Shown here: piece after piece, positions 10,623 through 24,600 of the stretch
Layout: each line of letters starts with the position of its first letter
Position numbering within the stretch: the stretch's first letter is position 1
Source of the DNA: Lingula anatina
Lineage: Eukaryota; Animalia; Brachiopoda
NCBI GenBank assembly: GCA_051362555.1
Contig: CM120640.1
Location: 52,616,788 to 52,680,787, forward strand
DNA length: 64,000 nt
Direction of reading: 5' to 3'
Made by a program: the position numbers and the translations under genes
The notes under the pieces: model-generated
Told to the model about the DNA's origin: nothing
The model's input: the letters and a program-made list of their open reading frames with translations, nothing else
Database searches by the model: none

Positions 10623-12843
10623 GGCAAGTGTACATTTAAATAATGAGTAAATATTTTAAATGATAAACTGAAAAAGTTTGTCATTTTAAGATCTTAAACC
10701 CGAGTATTCATCCCGACCCTTGGAAAGAAAGGGGAAGTGAGCTACCCTCCACTTGTCCTTAAGAATCCACCCTAGGTATATAAATCGAGCAACATATCAA
10801 ACAGAAGTCAAAAGAAAGATGGTCCTGTTACTAAACCTGCCATATTTATCCATTTTATACATGGCGACCCTGGGATATGTAGAGACCCATCCAAACCTGC
10901 CTACGTATCAAGAACCGAACTTAGGTTGGCAGAATGACAGTAACCTCACGTTCACCTCAACTAAATTGTTCTCTGTCCTTGGACTATTACACGCTTTTCA
11001 GATAAAACATTGATATATGCTGGGCATGTTATTATTAACGCCACAACGGCCATAGTTTGAAACACGTATACTCATTAAAATTAAAATGTATATACTCATT
11101 AATGTAGACAAAAACGCACGATCGCAAGCACACTCACAGACACGCACGCACACACACCTGTCCTCGTGATGACCCTAAAATGAAACCGCGTATTGTCTGT
11201 TTATTCGTCCTCTTTTTACCTGGGTGTGTTATTGCGCTAGCGATGGGAGTTAGATAATCACAACCTTAGATTAACTCGACTGTACCATCCACCCAACCGT
11301 GTCAAGTTATAAGGCTACAGGGGCACGACCTTGCAATTCTCATACTATAATCGTTATTTATTTGTACCACCTAAATAATTCAGAATGACGATCGAGGTGA
11401 CACACTCGTACTATTTCTGTGCCTTGTGATGGTACCCTGTTTGTCCTCAGATAACCTGGAGAAACTCAATGTATTTAAAGAGACGTGCAACCTTACGTTC
11501 ACCTCACGTTGTATAGACTCGCGAGAATAACCAATTTCCAGTCGAGTGGAAACAGGCGGGATATAAATAGGATATCAGTGCGGTGCTCATCGAGTAAAAT
11601 TTCCTTAGAATAACACTTGCAAATAGGCGTTTGACTGCGAATGCTCCTTTGATAAGACCTTTTTGCTATCAATAAACAGTGGGACCTGGCATTATGCTTT
11701 CTGAACATATCATAGTAAAAGCAAACTAAAAGTTACACTTAAAATTTAATGCTACCCACCGAATGTTGAATTTTCCGGCATCTCTCTCTCTCTTTTTTTC
11801 TCTCTCTCTCTTTCTAGGCGTTCGACTTAGAATACCCCTCCCTTCCCCTCCCCTCCCTCTCTCTTTCTCTCGTTTTTTCTTGCTTGATGCCAAATGTGCA
11901 TATGCCGTTTGGTTTATCACCTAGTTAAAGAACTGGTTTCAAGGAAATCGACATTCTCTTCTCCGCCGCTAGACGGCATTGCGATACATACACTATCCCG
12001 TTGCTCGGAAATAATGACAAATATATATTCCTTGGACTTTGGCCTCCGAGGAAAATAGTAGAACAAATCATTACAAACGGATCACTTAAGGAATTCAGAT
12101 GATGAACCGATACATGGAAATGTTTCCGTAGTTTGCTGGTAAACTTTAATCCGGCAATTTGATAAAGGAGAACACACTCTAAACAGTTAAATTAGCAAAT
12201 AAAACCAATTGATATTTACTCTGGTTAACTCTGGTTAACTATTTGTACCGGTATAAAAAAGATGGACAAGTCTGGCACACGCACTCTACAGCAGGTGCAC
12301 AGCCATAATTATGTTTAAGTTACAAATGCTCAATGACTATTGTTACATTTAATGGCGTTTTGTGGCTTCTCATTGAAACTTTTTGTAGTTGTTTAGCAAG
12401 GGGCTGACGTGCTTTTATTTAATTCTTGTAAACAATTTGAAACGATGTTTTGCTAAACGCGTTATCACAAATGCCAGCCTCCTCCGAATAATTTTTTAGT
12501 AAAAACAATGATAAAAGCAGACTACCCCTTCCCGAAATTATTCAACACAACATGAGAAAATTGATCACACAGGCCTATATCAGAAATGTGAAGTTGATAT
12601 CCTCACAGAATGGTAAAAAGTGAGCATGTGCATCTGTAGACGGGCTGGTTTTAAGTGATCTAGCACTCCTATGTTACATTCTGTATAGCTAGTGTTATGG
12701 TATTGTGCTCGCACATAAGTTAATAAGTGAAATACACTGCTGAAGTGATAGAGAGAGCCAATTTGGTAGATGTGTAGTCTCTCCCGATAAGGATTCTGAT
12801 TTTTCACCGCGCGTAACTTCTTTTATCATAATGCTTTTAAAGG

Positions 12844-12991
12844 CAGGGCGGGAGACGGTCAGATTTTCAAGTTTATATTGACGGTTATCTAATTTTTTTT
12901 CTGTCGGATGACGGTCGAAAATGGAGGATGGATCAACAAAGATACTGGTAATTTGGAAGACTGTCATAAAATAGCTCTGGATCCGCCTCTG
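12844..12991 (+). mobile_element. MITE family A, 5'-deleted copy (CAGGGGCGGAT-type termini)
   Basis: Seen: GACGGTCAGATTTT...GGATCAACAAAGATA...ATTTGGAAGACTGTCA...GGATCCGCCTCTG aligns by eye with the copies at 24601 and 28046. Confidence 0.8.
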
Positions 12992-13099
12992 ATAACGTCT
13001 TGATTATTTGTGTCGACATACCTAAAAATAGCTTGTTACTGTAAACTGACACGCGCAAAATTAAGAATAAAGTTTATAATATACCAGGCTGAAAGAAAA

Positions 13100-14324
13100 A
13101 CGCTGTTAAAAGGTTCAAACCAAGCGTCCGTGACGTCACAGTTTATTTTACGACCAAAGCACGTGGTATTGGTTAGCCTTAATAAGAAGAGCGTCGAACT
13201 TTTTTAGCCAATTGATCTACTTATTTTTGTCTCCCAGTATCAACTTTCAGGCCACTGACCGTTATGTAGGGCTAGTATGTGGACTGTAACACAATGATGT
13301 AGAAACAAAACAGAATATTGTTCATTGCGACGAGCAAAATTAATCAATTTGTGCGTTTTGTTTCTCGGCTTACATTTTCCCATTGCTGATAGTCTTATCA
13401 CATATGTATGCCTGCTCTTGATAAATTGTCATTGTCGGTCTGTTAAAAGATATATCTTTTCTTTTCACAAATACCGATAGCAAATATAATGCAATGTTTT
13501 ATATTTACTCGGAATAACTTAAAACAATTAATTCCTAAGATTTGACGATCAATGCAGAGGTGATAAGATTATAGCATTAGTGACACAGTATTCCTTTTAG
13601 GGTCAATGAATTGACGTTCTTCAGACAATTTCTCACACCAAATCGTGGTTAGGGGGTGGCCTGTTGTTTCGTACCACCTTATAATGTTAGCCATGTGGAT
13701 GGCCGACACTAAAAATAGTCGATCCTTGAACTCTAACATGGCGATTCCTCTGAAATATTTATGTAGCAGGCCATTCGACGAAGCTTAGTAATCGATGAAA
13801 ACACCAGAAAGCCCGGTGACGGCATCACTGAAGATGTTACATTCATATGCTGTACTAGAAATGTTAATTGGTATTGATTGCCAATGTTCTGTATACCAAA
13901 CCTTACACGATAAAACAGCCACGAAGGTTTATTTTGGACTTTTTGCGGCAAGGAACCGGACGTCGAAACACTGTCCAGTTGGACACTGAATGCCTACGAA
14001 GTCCTTCGTCCTTTACCCCGGCTGCTAGAAGCTGACGTAAACGTCTTCGCTCCCTGTAATGTGCATTGTTCAGTGAATGCCCATTGTAGAGCGACGTCAC
14101 GCTACGTAAACGCCTGACTGTTGATTGTTGAGCGGCATTCCGGGGAATCAAGCTATTTTCGTGTCAGAGGGAAAATATATAGGGTCTCTGGATATTGATA
14201 TCGCTTTGCAGGCTTCTCTGGGTGATTTGAGAAACAACATTGTTGCGAACAGTTGCAGATCCGCTTGACTCACTGCAAAGGGAGTCCACCACGCTTCAGA
14301 TGCTGAAATCATGGGTGTTTGAGG
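13100..14324 (+). promoter_or_regulatory. CpG-rich promoter/5'UTR region of the kinase gene with CRE-like, E-box, CCAAT and Sox-like motifs
   Basis: Seen: TGACGTCA 13131-13138, CACGTG ~13160, ATTGG ~13168, CCAAT ~13208, TGACGTAA ~14033, CGACGTCA 14092-14099, and CATTGT at ~14064 and ~14082. CpG is dense up to exon 1. TSS not determined. Confidence 0.5.
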
Positions 14325-14435
14325 ATGGGGAAGAAAATACAATGTATCGGCCGTTATTCTATGGAAAACAAGACCCTTGGCAAGGGGAACTTTGCAAGAG
14401 TGGAGTTGGCCGTTCACAATATTACACAGTGCAAG
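14325..14435 (+). CDS. AMPK-related (HUNK-like) Ser/Thr kinase, coding exon 1 (G-loop)
   Basis: Seen: ATG at 14325 with an in-frame upstream stop; translates MGKKIQCIGRYSMENKTLGKGNFARVELAVHNITQCK; ends at AAG|GTGAG donor, phase 0. Known: LGKGNFA is the subdomain I G-loop of AMPK-related kinases. Confidence 0.92.
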
Positions 14436-16290
14436 GTGAGATTAAGCACTGCATAGCGTTGATATTTTTAGCACAAAATAATGTCGATCTTTATACACGT
14501 TAGATGTATAATTTTTTTCCATTTTCCAATGTGTCTTATATCTATGATACATACGTTTCATAATGAATTGGATTATTAATGCAGCGTCTTATTTCAGTGG
14601 TAGTTTCATAAAAGAATGTGAAATATAATGATGAATGTTTTATGCCACTGATTAATTATGGTTTTGTAAGAAATTAAATATAAAACAAAATATATTTTGG
14701 TCCCTTTGGGCATAATGCATTTACTTCATTGAGTCAAATGAACCAGTTGAACATGGGCAAACACACATATTTTAAATGCTGTAAAACCATTTCCTGAAGG
14801 TATGAATAAAAATCCATTTTAACCATCTGATTAGAGTTGGTATTTACATTTATACACCCATACACCTGAACTACTTTATTCCCCAGTGTATTTTCTGGTC
14901 TCTTATCCCTGACATGCAGGCAGATGTGCACAGTATTATCCAGTTTTCACTGGGATAGAATTTCAGGCTAGGTGAATATGAACTATAGTTACCTAAGTGT
15001 AAAATTCTTAAGTTTATTGTCCATGCAATTACCAGGTGCAATTACCAAGATTCTTCATTGTTGATCTCCCTCCTCCTGGAAGAGGTTCCAGATTTAAAAT
15101 GTTGGTTAGTGTTTACTCAAAGCAGTCGACAGGAAGTAGAAATCAATTTTTTTCATAAAGCCAACAGAAAAATTTGTTCATGTACAATGATAGAGATAGA
15201 GCTGGAAGTATTGAACATCAGAATACTGCCAGTATTCATAATACATTGTTTGAATAAGATAAGTCCCCTTTTACATCTGAGCACTTTATATTAAGTAAAT
15301 ATTATATCTCATAGAATTCTGTCTACTTACTGATTTTCTCATAATGGCGGAAAAGTAAAGGTTGATAATTAACAGACTCTGTAAAGATTTCGTTAAGTCA
15401 TGTGAAAAAGCACCTGTATATCAGAAAATACCTAATTGAAATCCTAGAGAATTAGCAATATTTCCATCTTTTATTTTTACAAACAGGATAAGTTGAAAAT
15501 AAGGCAATCTAAAGCATGTGATCAATTTTTTACTGATATCTTTTAGAAAACATCTTTCTTAAAGAGTTTTTCTTTAATTAGACTATAATTAGTTATTCAG
15601 CAGTTATGTATTTAAAAATCATTCTGATATTGTGAAGCTCTACCCAGTCCATTTGCATTTTTTATAATTTATAATTAACTACTTATCCCTATAACTAGCG
15701 TGGTTTAGTACCTGTGACAGATTTTTTCACAATTGATATTTGGTGATGAAATAAAAGAATTTTCCCTGAAGCCAGCAGGTCACACCATGGGCAGTTTTCA
15801 AGATTCAAGATTCATTTAAGATTCTTCAAATGCCAGCAAGTAAAAGTGACTGAAAAAAGTTGATAGAACCATCAAACCTAGTTAGTTGATGTTGGTATGC
15901 AACTGTAAATATCCCAGAAATTATTTTTCTCTTCTGAAGCCTGGTCTATGCACATTACAAGAATGAGACCAGATCAGAAATTAACAATTTAATCAAATTA
16001 ATCTGTTGTGGATTGATGACCAGGGTTGTCTTGTCCCCAGGGACAGTGGTCTTTTTAATACACTCTAACAAGCACACCAGTTCTCATTTGCTCCTAAGAT
16101 GGGTACCTGTACTGTATTTTCAGGTTTTGCTTTTTGATGAAACAACAATTTGCTTTTAAACTAAAATAATTCTTCACTCCTGTAAACCTTGTACAGCATT
16201 GTGGAATCTCTTGGAAATGTGTGGTGTTTTAAATAGTAAAGAAGATTAGATTTTGGTCAGAGTTTGCTCTGTAAAATGTTTCGCATAGCA

Positions 16291-16324
<34 letters not shown>

Positions 16325-16335
16325 ATTATTATAAT
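16291..16335. repeat. (ATT)n microsatellite
   Basis: Directly visible; similar tracts at ~27734-27780, ~29112-29160 and ~51757-51816. Confidence 0.9.
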
Positions 16336-18643
16336 TGAAAGAAAGTAAAATCATCTCTTCATTCTGTGTAGTTTTGTAGAGCAGTTTTTACAAATTTGTC
16401 GGCAGGCAGTCACTTGGGCAAATTTCTGTAGGCGGTAAAGACCGAGAGAAATGCCTATAATGATTAGAAGTCATCTTTCAGAGAGCACACTCTCTTGTTT
16501 GCCAGGATGTATGTATACTCCAGGGGATTTTGATGACGTACAGTTTTACAACCCAGAACAGGGGCCATGATATTTCAAGCATCACCTTCAATATTAACTT
16601 GTGCATAAAAAAATCCAAAAATGCGATAAGTAGCATTAACAAACATTAGATGAAATAACGACTTTCTTATTCTTAAGACGATTAAGTTATTTTTTCTGGA
16701 ATTATGATACCCCACAAATGCAGTAACTGTAAGGTTAAACTAGATCCTTAGGCAGAATGTTTCCAAGGGTCTGATATTTTTGTTCCATAACCATTTATCT
16801 GACTGGCAACCATCTGTATGATTATTGTTGCCAGTATCTGCCGCTCCTATCGATTCTATGTGTTAAAACATGAGGATAAAAGGTGCATTTGCATTTAGGA
16901 TAATGATTAAAGAGCTATAATGTTCTCCCTCTTTTTTGTTTTTGGCTCACTCAAACATTAGCTTAGTTATCATTGAGTTGAGTAAGGTTCAGATCTTGGC
17001 TAGGTTGGTGGCTTGTTTGTTTCCAACTCCTTTTCATTCTTAGGAAAGAGTGGTATTCATTCCAGTATCTGGTAGGATGATAATTCTGCTCAACAGGCAT
17101 TTCACTTGCTTCAGTAATAACCAACTGATAAAAAAATGGGCAAGAAAAAATAAATAAATAAAAAGATACGCAATTTAATGCATGATTTTGGAGAATTGCT
17201 CTGTAATTGGTGAAAGTTTCAGGTATTTTGTTTCTGATATTAAACATTATCTATTTCAATGAATACCCAGTGGCCTCAGGGTTTTAAGAATCAAATTGAT
17301 TTGTCAAGGACACTTGTTCATTTGAAAGTATTTACATTTTAAGCTCTCATTGTGGCAATCAGAAACCATAGCTACTTAGAAATTGCCATATACCGGTATA
17401 CATTTTTTTCTACATATATTTCTGTTCAGTATTGATTTGCTAACTGTGATAATGGCTTCATCAGTTTCTTACTGAGGATGAGACTGCAGTGTTTGATTGT
17501 CTTATATCCTGGCTTACATTTGCCAAGTTGAGGATTTTTAGACACCTAAGCTCTGACATTAAAAACTGAATTATCTTGTAAATAAATTTAAAGGCCGACC
17601 CTAGGTGGTGTCTGGATGACAGACGCTACTTAACCAGGACCAATGAACCCTTGATCATTTTAACCAGTTAACTAGCCCCCCCACTCCTGCAGGTGTCTCA
17701 TAACTGAACTGTTACCCCACTCGCACACTCTCTTTCCCCCTGTACCCAATAACCAATTTAGTGACACCAAAGTTTGTACCTGTCAGCCTTGCCAGGATAT
17801 TGTATGAGTTCTAATTTCCCTCCCAGCATGGGGCTGGGGGCAGCCAGTGCTGCAAAGGTCAACTGTAAAATAATGGAAAGAAATAGCCCAGCTATTACTA
17901 TTGTGTGCTCGCCCAGGGACATAAGAGGGGATTTCTTAAATGTCATTTGAAACTGGATATGTTGCCAATAGATTGTGATTTGAAAGAAAGATGTATAAAA
18001 TGATGGGATAAGTTTTTGGTTTGATTTTATTATTTTTTTTATTAAAGATGTGCCATACGCAATTAAAAATGTGCCAAAGTCATTTTTTTTATGTATGAAT
18101 ATCCTGCAAAGGTGGCTTGTTCTTAACAATGCTTCACAATATCCATATCACCTATGTCATGTTTTTTTCATAATTGCAAGGTCTATATTATAGGCACATA
18201 CATGCTGCACTGTATTATGAATGATTAATCATTACATAGAAAAAATAACAGCTCATGTGTTTCTTAAGATATTAATGGAGTACGCCTACTGTGTGGCAGT
18301 AAAAAAATGGTCAATGCACTAACTTCTGGCTGCCTCCAATGTTTTTTCTTTATTGGCATGAGGAGGGAAATAAACAGAAAAAACTAAGTTAACAGTTTCC
18401 CTAAGGTCCATGGTTGATTTATGTTTATGTGTCAACATATAGTGAAGATACCGAACACAGATGTGATATATTCATATAAACTTGGTAAAAAATGGCACTT
18501 TTATGTGGTAATGATATGGTATGAAAAGGACCAAATAATTGAAGTGCATGATATTATAGACATTAGGTGTGGTGATTGTCTGGCTACAGGGTGCTGCATA
18601 TTGCTGCAAAAAATATAAATTGTTTAGACTTTCTAAAGGGAGA

Positions 18644-18644
<1 letters not shown>

Positions 18645-18678
<34 letters not shown>
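18645..18678. repeat. (TG)17 microsatellite
   Basis: Directly visible. Confidence 0.95.
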
Positions 18679-18679
<1 letters not shown>

Positions 18680-21600
18680 CTGCCTGCTCACTAGAGAGTG
18701 TTTTTGTAAGAATATCAGAGGGAAAGAAAATCTGCATGTTTCTGTGTGCATGGGCATATATATGTCAAGATATGTACAGCCTTCTATCAGACTTGTGTAC
18801 ATCCCATAGACTGTCTTGTAAGTTATTGAAACAACCACAAGCAGCTGTGCGTTCTAGTCTTACTCTAGTCTTATTTCCTTATAGCCTACAGTTACATTTC
18901 CATCCATACAATATGAAGACTCGTCTTCCTGCTGGGAAGAAACACACTGTAATAAATATAAGTAGTGATAGATAGGTGTAACGGTTGGCCTTTGAAAACC
19001 TCTTAATGTGGAAATCAAATATCCTTCTGAGATTCAAGTTCCTCTCTAAAACGTCAGTTGGTAAATGTTTTGGCAAAGTAATTGCATGCTGATGGGCATA
19101 GATGGTTATATATTGCATCTTTTACTTTTTAGATTTTATAAATGGACATGTATCCTCAGTCTAAGATTTGGTTTTGGTGCATTGCTTATTGTATTGCCAG
19201 CAATAGGTTAAACTGAACCTGTTTTTTTTTTTGTTTTGTTTTTTTTTTCGTTACAAAAGATTTTGTGGATCCTACTTATAGAGCACATTATTGTAATAAT
19301 GAGGCCAATGCATAAGACAAATATAGAAGTTAATTTAAACAGATTCTGCCCAATTCCAATTACTGCTTACTTCTTAAGGCAATTAGTGTGTATTGATTCA
19401 GTTATCGAGGATGTAGCAGAAATGACTCAAAAAAGAGATCTGTTTATTTTAAGAACAGCGTTAAATAAGGAGGAAAGGGGACAAGAGATCATTCTTTTTT
19501 TGAGGCATAAAAAAGCCCAGGAAAAATTGTGCAATTGCAGATAAACATGTATATGAGGTGCCAAGCAACAGCTACAATAGCCACTTGACATCTCTTGACA
19601 AATCAATCAGCAAATTTCAAGATCGGCCTCTGGTTACATCACCTGAAGCACTACCTTGGTAAGAGGAAGATTTACATGCAGGATACCCTCTACCAAGGGG
19701 CAATATATTTATAATAGGCACTTGAGTTACAAGGTTTCATGCATTTGTTAAGGATCTGTTCACACATGTGAAATAGAACACATTTGTAGTAACATTCTAT
19801 TTCTGACATCAAAAGCTGTTCATGTTTTAACAAGAAAGTTGTGGGCCCAGTCGTAGGCCACCTGAGGTTTTCAAATAGAGCTAGATTGTGCCATCTGGTC
19901 ACAGTGTATGTTCTACAGATGATACTTGAGACAGAACTGTATGGGACTATCCTCTCTTGCATGTGTGAACAGCCCTTAAGGTGGCATTCTGTAGACCTAG
20001 CTAGATTGTAAGAGCAGGTGGATCAGTGTGGTAACCATCAGACCCAGATAATGTATTGATGGCATCAAAAGATTAACAGATATGTCTGGAGGGAAAATGG
20101 AACTTGCTTATTGATCCAACAGTGTCCGTTCAGTACTAATTGCTGGAGGCAACCGGAAAAATTAGATTACACAGGGAACATAATCTTTATCATTGGAGAG
20201 CAAAGTCCTTATCATCCATTTAAATGTATCTTTTTGGATGGGCACTAGAATATAAGTGTATTTTTATGTTTTTGCAAGCTTAGTTGCACTGGTCTTATGC
20301 CATAATAGTACATTGGCATTGTGCAGCAGGCCCCCTCCTTTCCCCTCCTCCTGTATTTGCAACTGCAAAGTCCAATACATCTTTGAGGCAGAAAACAATG
20401 TTTTTTGCTCTCTCTAAATCCATATTAATTTTTAGCATACGCTCATAATGTGAATTACCGATTCCCCATGGATGTCATTAATACTTTCAATAACATGATC
20501 CACCATATGTGTAGTTTCTGCCTACCCCTTCAGAGTTGTAAACCAAGCAAGCTACTACATACATGTAGTACACTGACTTGTGTTCACACATTTGTGTTCA
20601 GCAACTGGGCCTTAAAACCATCAGGGACATATTTTTTATGTTGAAATGTGGAAGGAGTATTGGAATTTCGATTGAAACCATTCTGCCAATATTTCTAAAA
20701 AAGAAGATAAGACAGTGATGAAGATGAGTTTTATAAAGAAAATGGTTTTTTGTGATATATTTCCGATTTATGTTAACATTGAAAATAAAAATGTAGATGT
20801 CTTATGACAAGCTTGATTATTAATTAACTTAATTGATCAGCTTACCAGGAATCCTGCAGTGGACCACCATAACATTAGCTAAGTGAGTTTTAAATAAATC
20901 AATATTTGCTGTTGACTTGGAATGACCTATTTATCTTAGCAGGTCTTAGCTGACCCTACATTTGACCTCAACACTGTAACCTTATGTAAATTTTGTTTCA
21001 TATTCCTACCTGCTATTTTGACTTCAAGAGGTACCTGGCAAAAAAACAGTCCTTGCAGAAAATTTTAATTTTATCAACACAACATATAAGTTTATGCTCT
21101 AAAATGTTAATTTTTTTTTTAACTGGCCCTGAATAACTTGTATATGTTTAACCTACTGACCATTGTGTGACTATTTTGGCCTGTGGTCAGCTTGTTTCTG
21201 TCACCACTCCCATTCCCCTCAGTTATGCCATCTATCTTTCTTAATGTGAGAAGGTGGTGTGGATCGAGATTTTTTTTTAATTATGAGAAGCAATTAAGTA
21301 TTTGTCCTTTTCATAATTGTGTCTTATGAAGAGAAAAAAATACTGGTAGAACTTAGCAGCTTAATAATGATGAGGACTCTAGGGACCCCGTGTTAATTTA
21401 GAGAGTGAGGAATAAATGGCTTTTCCAGTACTGTACATGACAGAAACTGATGGCATTTTTATTTCCTACAAAACTGGAGCCAGTTTAAAATTTCATTTCA
21501 ACATGAACAGAGCAGGCGGAGCAGTCTATCCAATTAAGGTATGGAGTTGGAGCACTTCAGTTTTGGGTGTCATGGAGGTGTTGTGTTACACACATAACAC

Positions 21601-24600
21601 AGGAGGCCCGGTCCATGCAGTGGGACAGCATTTATGTTAGTGGAGTGACCGCGGGTAACACAGGGCAGTCTGGCGTGTGCCAGACGGCTGCTTTGCTCAT
21701 TGACATGCAAATATGACAGATGATACTTCCCAGCTCTTGCAGCTGCCTGCCCGACTGGCTTCCTGCCTGGGTTGAAAAAGTTGAAAAGTTTAATTTTTGT
21801 TTCGAAATTCTTTTCTTTTCTTTATCTTCTCTTTTTTTCTATTCAATAGCTCAAGTCTTTATAGGCCACAGGGTCACTTCTCTTGACACTTATTTATCAA
21901 AGGGAAGCAGCACCTGAGCTTAAAGTTTTTCTTACATTTAGGTGTGTGGAGATTACAGGCATGCCGCAGCAGCATGCTGAGTGTAACATTAAATATGGTT
22001 TTCCATAATTAGAAAAGAAGGCTGGAAATATAACTGGAAAGACATATTAAATGCTAAAACAGGACAGGCAGGTCTTGTACACAGGGCTCTCTTTATTTCA
22101 TACAAGTACTCCTGAGTGTTTAACCCAATTATGTATATAAGTAACCCCAATTTCTCTTTCACTCTTCTTTCCTCTTTTTCTACCTGGGACCAGTTTGGGT
22201 CACCTTGATGATCAAAGAGAGCTTGACAACAATGTGTTTATTGCTTTCTAATTACAATAATGATCCCAGTCTGGAAGACTCCATGTGCATTTTGGATCCT
22301 CTTCAGTTGCATGCTATGCAGAATAACTTAGCAGAGATAACGGTGGAGTTTCTTTTATGTAGTTATAATGAGAGTGGGGCCGTGCCCTCTCGAAGGTGTG
22401 ACAAGTGTGAAAATTCTATTTAGGCCTGTGATGCAGCATGCATTGGTCAAGCTTTGCTACCTGTGGCAAGATGATTCTGTTTTGGGTCAAACTGCACTGA
22501 GGAGAAGCCAGTTATAATTCATACCTTCATATTGTTATAATTTTAATAATATTAATGACTAATTATTCCTACATAATTTCATATGCTTATAACATTTTGA
22601 AGATTTTTTTCTACTGGTACCATTATTATTACAGAATGAGAAGTGAATTTATTTTCATCTTTAATTCATCTTCAAATAAAAACAGTCTTGAAACACGAAT
22701 ATATGATCATTCAGATGGGCATTAGCTTGGTTCTCCACAGAATATTTAGTATATATCTGTGTATTGTTATCCTCACATGAACTGACATCAAATTTAAGGT
22801 TAGCTGATTTGTATCAGTTGTAGATCCACCCCCATAGACAGTTATTAGGACTTCACTTCTCAGACTTAATACAGAAATAACTTCATTTCCATTTATCTTT
22901 TTCATTCTAACGGGTGACCTGTGTTTTAGATAAAAAATACTTGCCAGATTACATTTTAAGTACATCATGTGCCACGTCCCCTAGTAAGGACAAGGGATAA
23001 ATCAGATGATGCCCTTGCAAAACAAGTTGTGCCCCTATCTCTTTTTACCACTGACAGCTTCCTAACTTCCTTACTTGGGAGTCCTCTGTCTGAGTAACTT
23101 GAAAAATGTGGAAACACTTTTTACTAACTACACTCAGTCACTTTAAATGGCTGTTTAAAAAAAAAGGTCTGAAAGGGATTACATGGCTGTGTAACGTTAT
23201 GCTATAAATTGTAGTGCGGCACGTGCCAGGTACGGAGTGGTTGGCCAATCACTTAGTGAGGGTGTCTGTCACGACCAATGAAGTGTTTACATGGTTCAGT
23301 GTGTTTGATTAGACAGATGTGCTAAAGTGGAATGAAAACAGTCACCCAACACAGTACTGACTTACTGTTATGTCAGTCAAGGTGTTGGAAAAGTATCCCA
23401 TGATCTTGGGGTAAATTGATGCATGTGTATGGGGGTTGGGTGGGGTGGGATTGGAGAGGTATCAGTAAAAAAATTAAGGTGCTCTTCTTGGAGTAGTTAA
23501 TCAAAAAATTAATAAAAAAACAAACTAATTTATTTTAGATTATTTATGAGAGATTTTTGAAGAGAACTTTGCTCATGCATATCTTGTATTTTACTTATAC
23601 GCTTGAACACTGCATGTTTATATGCAGTTTTGCCACTTAATTAATTTCCATACAGTTTTCAGGGGATTTTGTGTAGCACCTTGTCCATTACTAACCAGAG
23701 GTCATTGGCATGTGACATCATGATCTAGGAATGCCCATTAGTATGTGGATGCTTGCTACTAACAGCACTCTTGCCTAGAAAAAATGTTTCTATGGTGCAA
23801 GTTAATGCTCCAGGTGTGCAAACAGCCCAGTCATGTGCACTGTTAGAGTTTTGACCTCATTTTTTTCTGGGATATATGTTTAGGGAGCCCTCCACTGTGA
23901 CAGTCATTGTGTCCAGCAACCATAGTGTTGCTCACATTGCATTTTTCAGTTGGTGGTACATTTAATGTCATTGATCAAGAAGAATTGTTTTTATATTACA
24001 CTGTTTGATTATTTTCTAAACAAGCTATGTCCTGTTTGATGCTTTTCTTCAACTTCCAAATATGTGCTTATCTCAGTCACTTCCTTAAATCAAGAAAAAC
24101 ATCAGTTAAAGACATTGATATTGAACGAAATTAATGAGTTATCAATTTTAAAGCCAGTTGACATATTTTGTGGGCAACTAAGGGACAGGGAAATTTTTAA
24201 CACCTTGCACATGCTGCATATGTGTAAAACCCTTGTAGTGAGGTCAGATAATGCAACATTCTTCTTAAATGCAACATTCTTCTTACAACAGAGATGTAAG
24301 AAGGAGCTGGTCATTCAGGTCCTTATAAAAGATACAGTAATCAATAAAATTTGGAAGGAATTTCACTCCTATGAGGAGAGTCAATATCTATTGCATTAAT
24401 TTACCCATCTTCACCCTGCAGATGTCACATTGTGTTGGGAAAATTCTACTCTCTGAATTGGATGATTTCTCTGTGAAAACGTGAAAAAATGTCACCAGCG
24501 TATTTCTCTTCATGCCTCTTTTGATTTACTGTCCATTTTTTGTGGCAACTGGTAAATTAAATTTTTGAGACTCATTTTACCAAGATATTTCTGTGATATA

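Noticed and set aside
16955-17045. Possible decayed tRNA-derived SINE head (TAGCTTAGTT...GGTTCAGATCT)
   Set aside because: The A/B boxes are degenerate and too close, with no second copy, tail or TSD in the window.
19025-19050. TGAGATTCAA (miR-1175-like 5' end); similar partial miR-34-like match at ~29848
   Set aside because: No hairpin partner and divergent 3' halves; chance matches.
22150-22260. Strong pyrimidine tract plus CAG in intron 1 as a cryptic exon
   Set aside because: It hits a stop after four codons in the kinase frame, and no convincing donor or poly(A) signal follows.
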